Shown here: positions 60,584-64,000 of the stretch, one piece after another | How positions within the stretch are numbered: the stretch's first letter is position 1 | How the letters are laid out: each line of letters begins with the position of its first letter | Assembly: GCA_973895155.1 (NCBI GenBank) | Contig: OZ316891.1 | Span: 28,525,145 to 28,589,144 of the forward strand | Length of the DNA: 64,000 nt | Origin: Marsupella aquatica | Taxonomy: Eukaryota > Plantae > Marchantiophyta | Direction: 5' to 3' | Notes under the pieces: generated by a model | Seen by the model: the letters and a program-made list of their open reading frames with translations, nothing else | Database searches by the model: none | Told to the model about the DNA's origin: nothing | Position numbers and translations under genes: made by a program

Positions 60584-63500
60584 CTACAGTCTCCATTGCA
60601 TTTTTCGTCTTGTTTGTATAGGGAGAGTACTATTTGCCAATAACGCAAAGTTATACGCATAAACGGCAGTTTCTGCTAGGGACAATTCATCCTCCAGTAC
60701 TTTGCTAGATGAAGCCTCTTTCTCCGGATAATATCTACCTTCAATTGCAGACTCTTCCTCCGAATCCGTTGCATACCAAGTGATTTTAATCCGCTCCGGG
60801 ATGTCGTTAATTCTTGTGAGAATCTCAGTCACTTTTGCCATCCAGAATGGTCTTCCCTTGGGATCCTGATGGGCTGCTACACATATCATTGCAAATTTAG
60901 TATTCACCTCTAGATCCTTGAAGTCTCCAATTTCCGTGACTTTTCTTCGACTTCCGGAATACATGACTGTCCTCACACCCGCTACTTTATCAACCAAGCT
61001 AGGTTCCATTGCTGCTTCCGTAGGATTACTCGGAAGTTCTCTCTGTATGTTTACCTTGGGCCAACTCCAATCAAAACTCCATTGTGCAGGTTTCAGGTGG
61101 TGTTGAATCACTTCTTTTTGTTTGTCAAAAAAATGACCCCACCATAGACGATCTGCGTCGTCAAAGTAATTGAATCCATCTTCAATTGCTCTTCGATATT
61201 TTTGAAGAGTTGACAAATAACTTTGAGCCGCCCGCTCATCTTGTTCATCAGCATCATTCTCTTGCTCTTCATTGTCTCCTGTCGCTCCCGTGGCCGACTT
61301 CAATGCCATTTGTGGTGCGACCCACATTCCAGATGATGGAATGTACCAAACAAAATCCACCGTCTCCCCCCAATCGGTTGTCGTTGAAAGATGTTTGGCA
61401 TGGAATACGGACCGAGCACTTCCATCTTCGAGTACTCTAGTACTCCGAAATTGTTTTTGAGCACTTATGCCGTGGAGAGTACGTAGAACCTGACCATCCA
61501 TATCCTTGTCATTTGCTTGATCCTTGTCTGACACAAATTTCTTGAAATCAGCAACCTCGTCGACGAAAAATATCTTTGCCGTAGGATTGTAGGATTCCTC
61601 TATGATTGCTGAAAGAGTGTCCAACCGGAAAGCTTTCCACTTGTTCAATTTTGAAGAAAACTTGCTAAACATTTGATCAATTTGATCATGGGTGTGCCCC
61701 ACCAATAGGAAACCAACCTTTATTTTCTGGAAAACACCTATCTCCACCAACATATTCAAATATGCCATAAGATATTTATTCTTGTTTTCTCGAGCTGTGT
61801 TATCAAGCTGGAGGTAAAGCACTGGAGGGAGCAGACCTTCCCAGGTATTCAGAATATGCTGGATAACATGGATGGTCAGGTTGCTATCATTGTGAATATT
61901 TGGATAGTTCAAAAAACCATTTGAACTTAATTGTTTGTTGAAGATCAAACAACCCACTACGTGTACGGGGATGAAATACTTTTCATCCATATTCTTCGGA
62001 CACCGAATGAAATGAGGTAACTCTGTCTTCTTTTGATCCATTCCATCAATACAGATGCCCAAATATTTCTCCGGACTCTTGTAACATTTGCTCCGGTGCT
62101 TTGCTAACTTCTCCCTCTCGACTGCTTGTGCCTTCCGATGCTCGTTTAGCAATGTTGAGAATTTTCCTACAATAATAAAAATGTTTAGGACAAAACATGA
62201 TAACCGCAATGTTGAACCCTGACAACCATAAATTTATCGGGTTCAGTATTCAAACACGAGACCGTAATAATAAACCCTGACAACAATAGATTTATCGGGT
62301 TCAGTATTCAAACACAAGACCGTAATGAAAAACTGTGACAGCGATAAATTTATCAGGTTCAGTATTCAAGCTATTCAAACGATATATTCACTCACATGGC
62401 CAAAGAAGAAGCACATGAATACTCAACCCGATAAAATTATCGGGAGTAACACACAGGTTTAGAAACTTACTCTTTTCTGCTTCGAGTGTTGCCTTGTCAT
62501 GGAGTGCTTTGAATTCAGTACACGAGGCGCAGGTGGAGAAACGGCTCCTTTTGGGGATGCGCACGCGAGGAAACTCCTTGTTCCAAATGCGAACAAACCA
62601 CGAATATGTCATGCCTTGTTCTTGGCGCATTAGAGTTTCGGACTGGAAGGCATCAAAAACTTATGTTTTTGTCCAATTGTCAGGTAAATGAAAGATATCC
62701 TTGTTGGGGAGACTCTCGACATTTGTGGAAAAAAAATCATTCAGCCATTGGACGAGACCAAGATGTGCGGGTGATTTTTCTCGACAAATTGTACCGATCT
62801 GTATCCGAGAAAACATGTTCTGCGAGATTTTTTGGAGACGATTATTTCCTAGTGAAAATAATTTCTTAAAACCACTCCGACAAAAGGATCTACCGCTAAC
62901 TGAGTAACCACTTGCACCAGCATGCCCACCCTTCACACATCCTCTTAGAAGGACGTTCTTCTCTGGGTAGGATAGCCCATAGTAATAAGTGCGTTGTTTC
63001 ATCACGGCTAGCAGACCCAAATTCCTCAGACAGTAATTATCATAACACGAATACTTATGAATTTCTCTCATTTTGTTTCTATTCAATTCGTCATTTATCA
63101 CATTGTCTTTCCTAGTAATTCGGTCCCTATCTTTTTTACTAGGCTCATTTGACTTCTCTATAGCCTGAAATCCGTTCATAACATTGGCATTTTCGGGTCC
63201 TTCAGGTGCCTCGTGAATAGATGCATCACTCTCTGCTGAGCTACCATCCTCTATAGATCTCCTTGACGCATTTAGAGGGGCACTGAATAGACGACTATAA
63301 CTATTCTCTTCGACAGCTCCTTCTAAACATTCAGACACAACTTGTGCTATTATATCGGATTCTCTATCTCCTTCCTCATCTTCGTCCTCCGATGCACTCG
63401 ACTCATCTGAAAACACAATTGGACTCCGTGGCTCTCTATACATAACCCGAATGCCACTAAGACCTCTCCTCGATACTTGGAGCCTGGAACCAATGACAGT

Positions 63501-63605
63501 CCGCCCTTGAGAACTTGGAGATTCTGGATTCGCACGTGCAGTCCCAACGATTCCGTGAGCTGCTGGAAAATTGAGCACTTGTTCACCACAATTCCCACGG
63601 ACCAT
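60584..63605 (-). pseudogene. DDD-type DNA transposase (DUF7869/Sola-like), intron 62470-62167, in-frame stop at 62661-62663; 5' part probably extends further right
   Basis: Motifs FSTCASC, ICIDGMDQ, LYLQLDNTARENKN, FLLVGHTHDQIDQMFS; the GT-AG intron joins AEK-R-KFS in frame. Family name is from recall, not a search. Confidence 0.8.
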
Positions 63606-64000
63606 TCGAGAAAGGGCCGAGTCTGGACTTCACAGTCCGATTCCCTCGCTTGCTCGCACATCCAGTCCAGGCAATGCAAAGACCGATCGCCGTATCGGTC
63701 TTTGTATTTCTGTGTCCCAATCCTCACCCGGAGACTGAAAGATCTGTCGTTGAACTTGTGTTGAATGTGGCGACTTGAACGCCGACTGAGATACGCGTAT
63801 CAGTCGCCGGATACCCTCTCCATAACCCGGGATGGATGGCCTGAAGCGACGTCTCAGACCTAAACCTGGGATTGAAAGTTTCTCATTTCTTGGCGATGGA
63901 ACGCTCAAGAGACGACGCTTCTCAGGTTTACTAGGCGACACATAGTAAGCACTAGGCTCAGGACCAGAACTTGCATCAGAATCTGAGTCAGAGATTTTGG

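Larger units (their letters stand above)
53542..62443. repeat. Dispersed 16-bp palindrome family, consensus CCGATAAATTTATCGG (~20 copies)
   Basis: Perfect copies at 53542 and 53711. Variants at 53635, 53767, 53860, 55107, 56207, 56278, 57340, 57408, ~58898, ~58973, ~59048, 60276, 60335, 60402, 62225, 62283, 62341, 62428. Confidence 0.92.
52543..64000. mobile_element. Large decayed DNA transposon (DDD transposase, ParB-MTase and cargo ORFs); right end lies outside the window
   Basis: Candidate terminus CACTAGTAC at 52543 followed by CCGA..TCGG-rich subterminal DNA; one 16-bp palindrome family links all genes from 53.5 to 62.4 kb; transposase at 60.6-63.9 kb. Confidence 0.7.

Overview
Eukaryotic, land-plant (most likely leafy or simple-thalloid liverwort) nuclear DNA in three parts. 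(1) 1-10.4 kb: a decayed MULE transposase, a 9-exon CYP85-clan cytochrome P450 on the minus strand, a SINE and tandem repeats. (2) About 10,379-51,190: a recent ~40.8 kb mitochondrial insertion (NUMT). It holds sdh3, nad3, rpl10, rps8, rps14, rpl5, rps7, rps12, ccmC/FN/FC, about 13 tRNAs, group II introns and pieces of nad7/nad2/nad5/atp1/rpl16, all in unedited genomic form. It is a mosaic of mtDNA pieces, and at least 10 junctions carry short AT-rich linkers that reuse the same 8-26 nt words. Some linkers cut into trnD, rpl16 and probably rps8. (3) About 52,543 to the window end: a large decayed DNA transposon with a DDD-type transposase, two small cargo ORFs and an intron-containing ParB-like + beta-class amino-DNA-methyltransferase fusion gene. 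Its introns and intergenic spacers carry about 20 copies of the 16-bp palindrome CCGATAAATTTATCGG. The best candidates for undescribed biology are the shared-vocabulary NUMT linkers and the ParB-MTase/palindrome transposon module. All family assignments come from motif recognition by eye; no searches were run.
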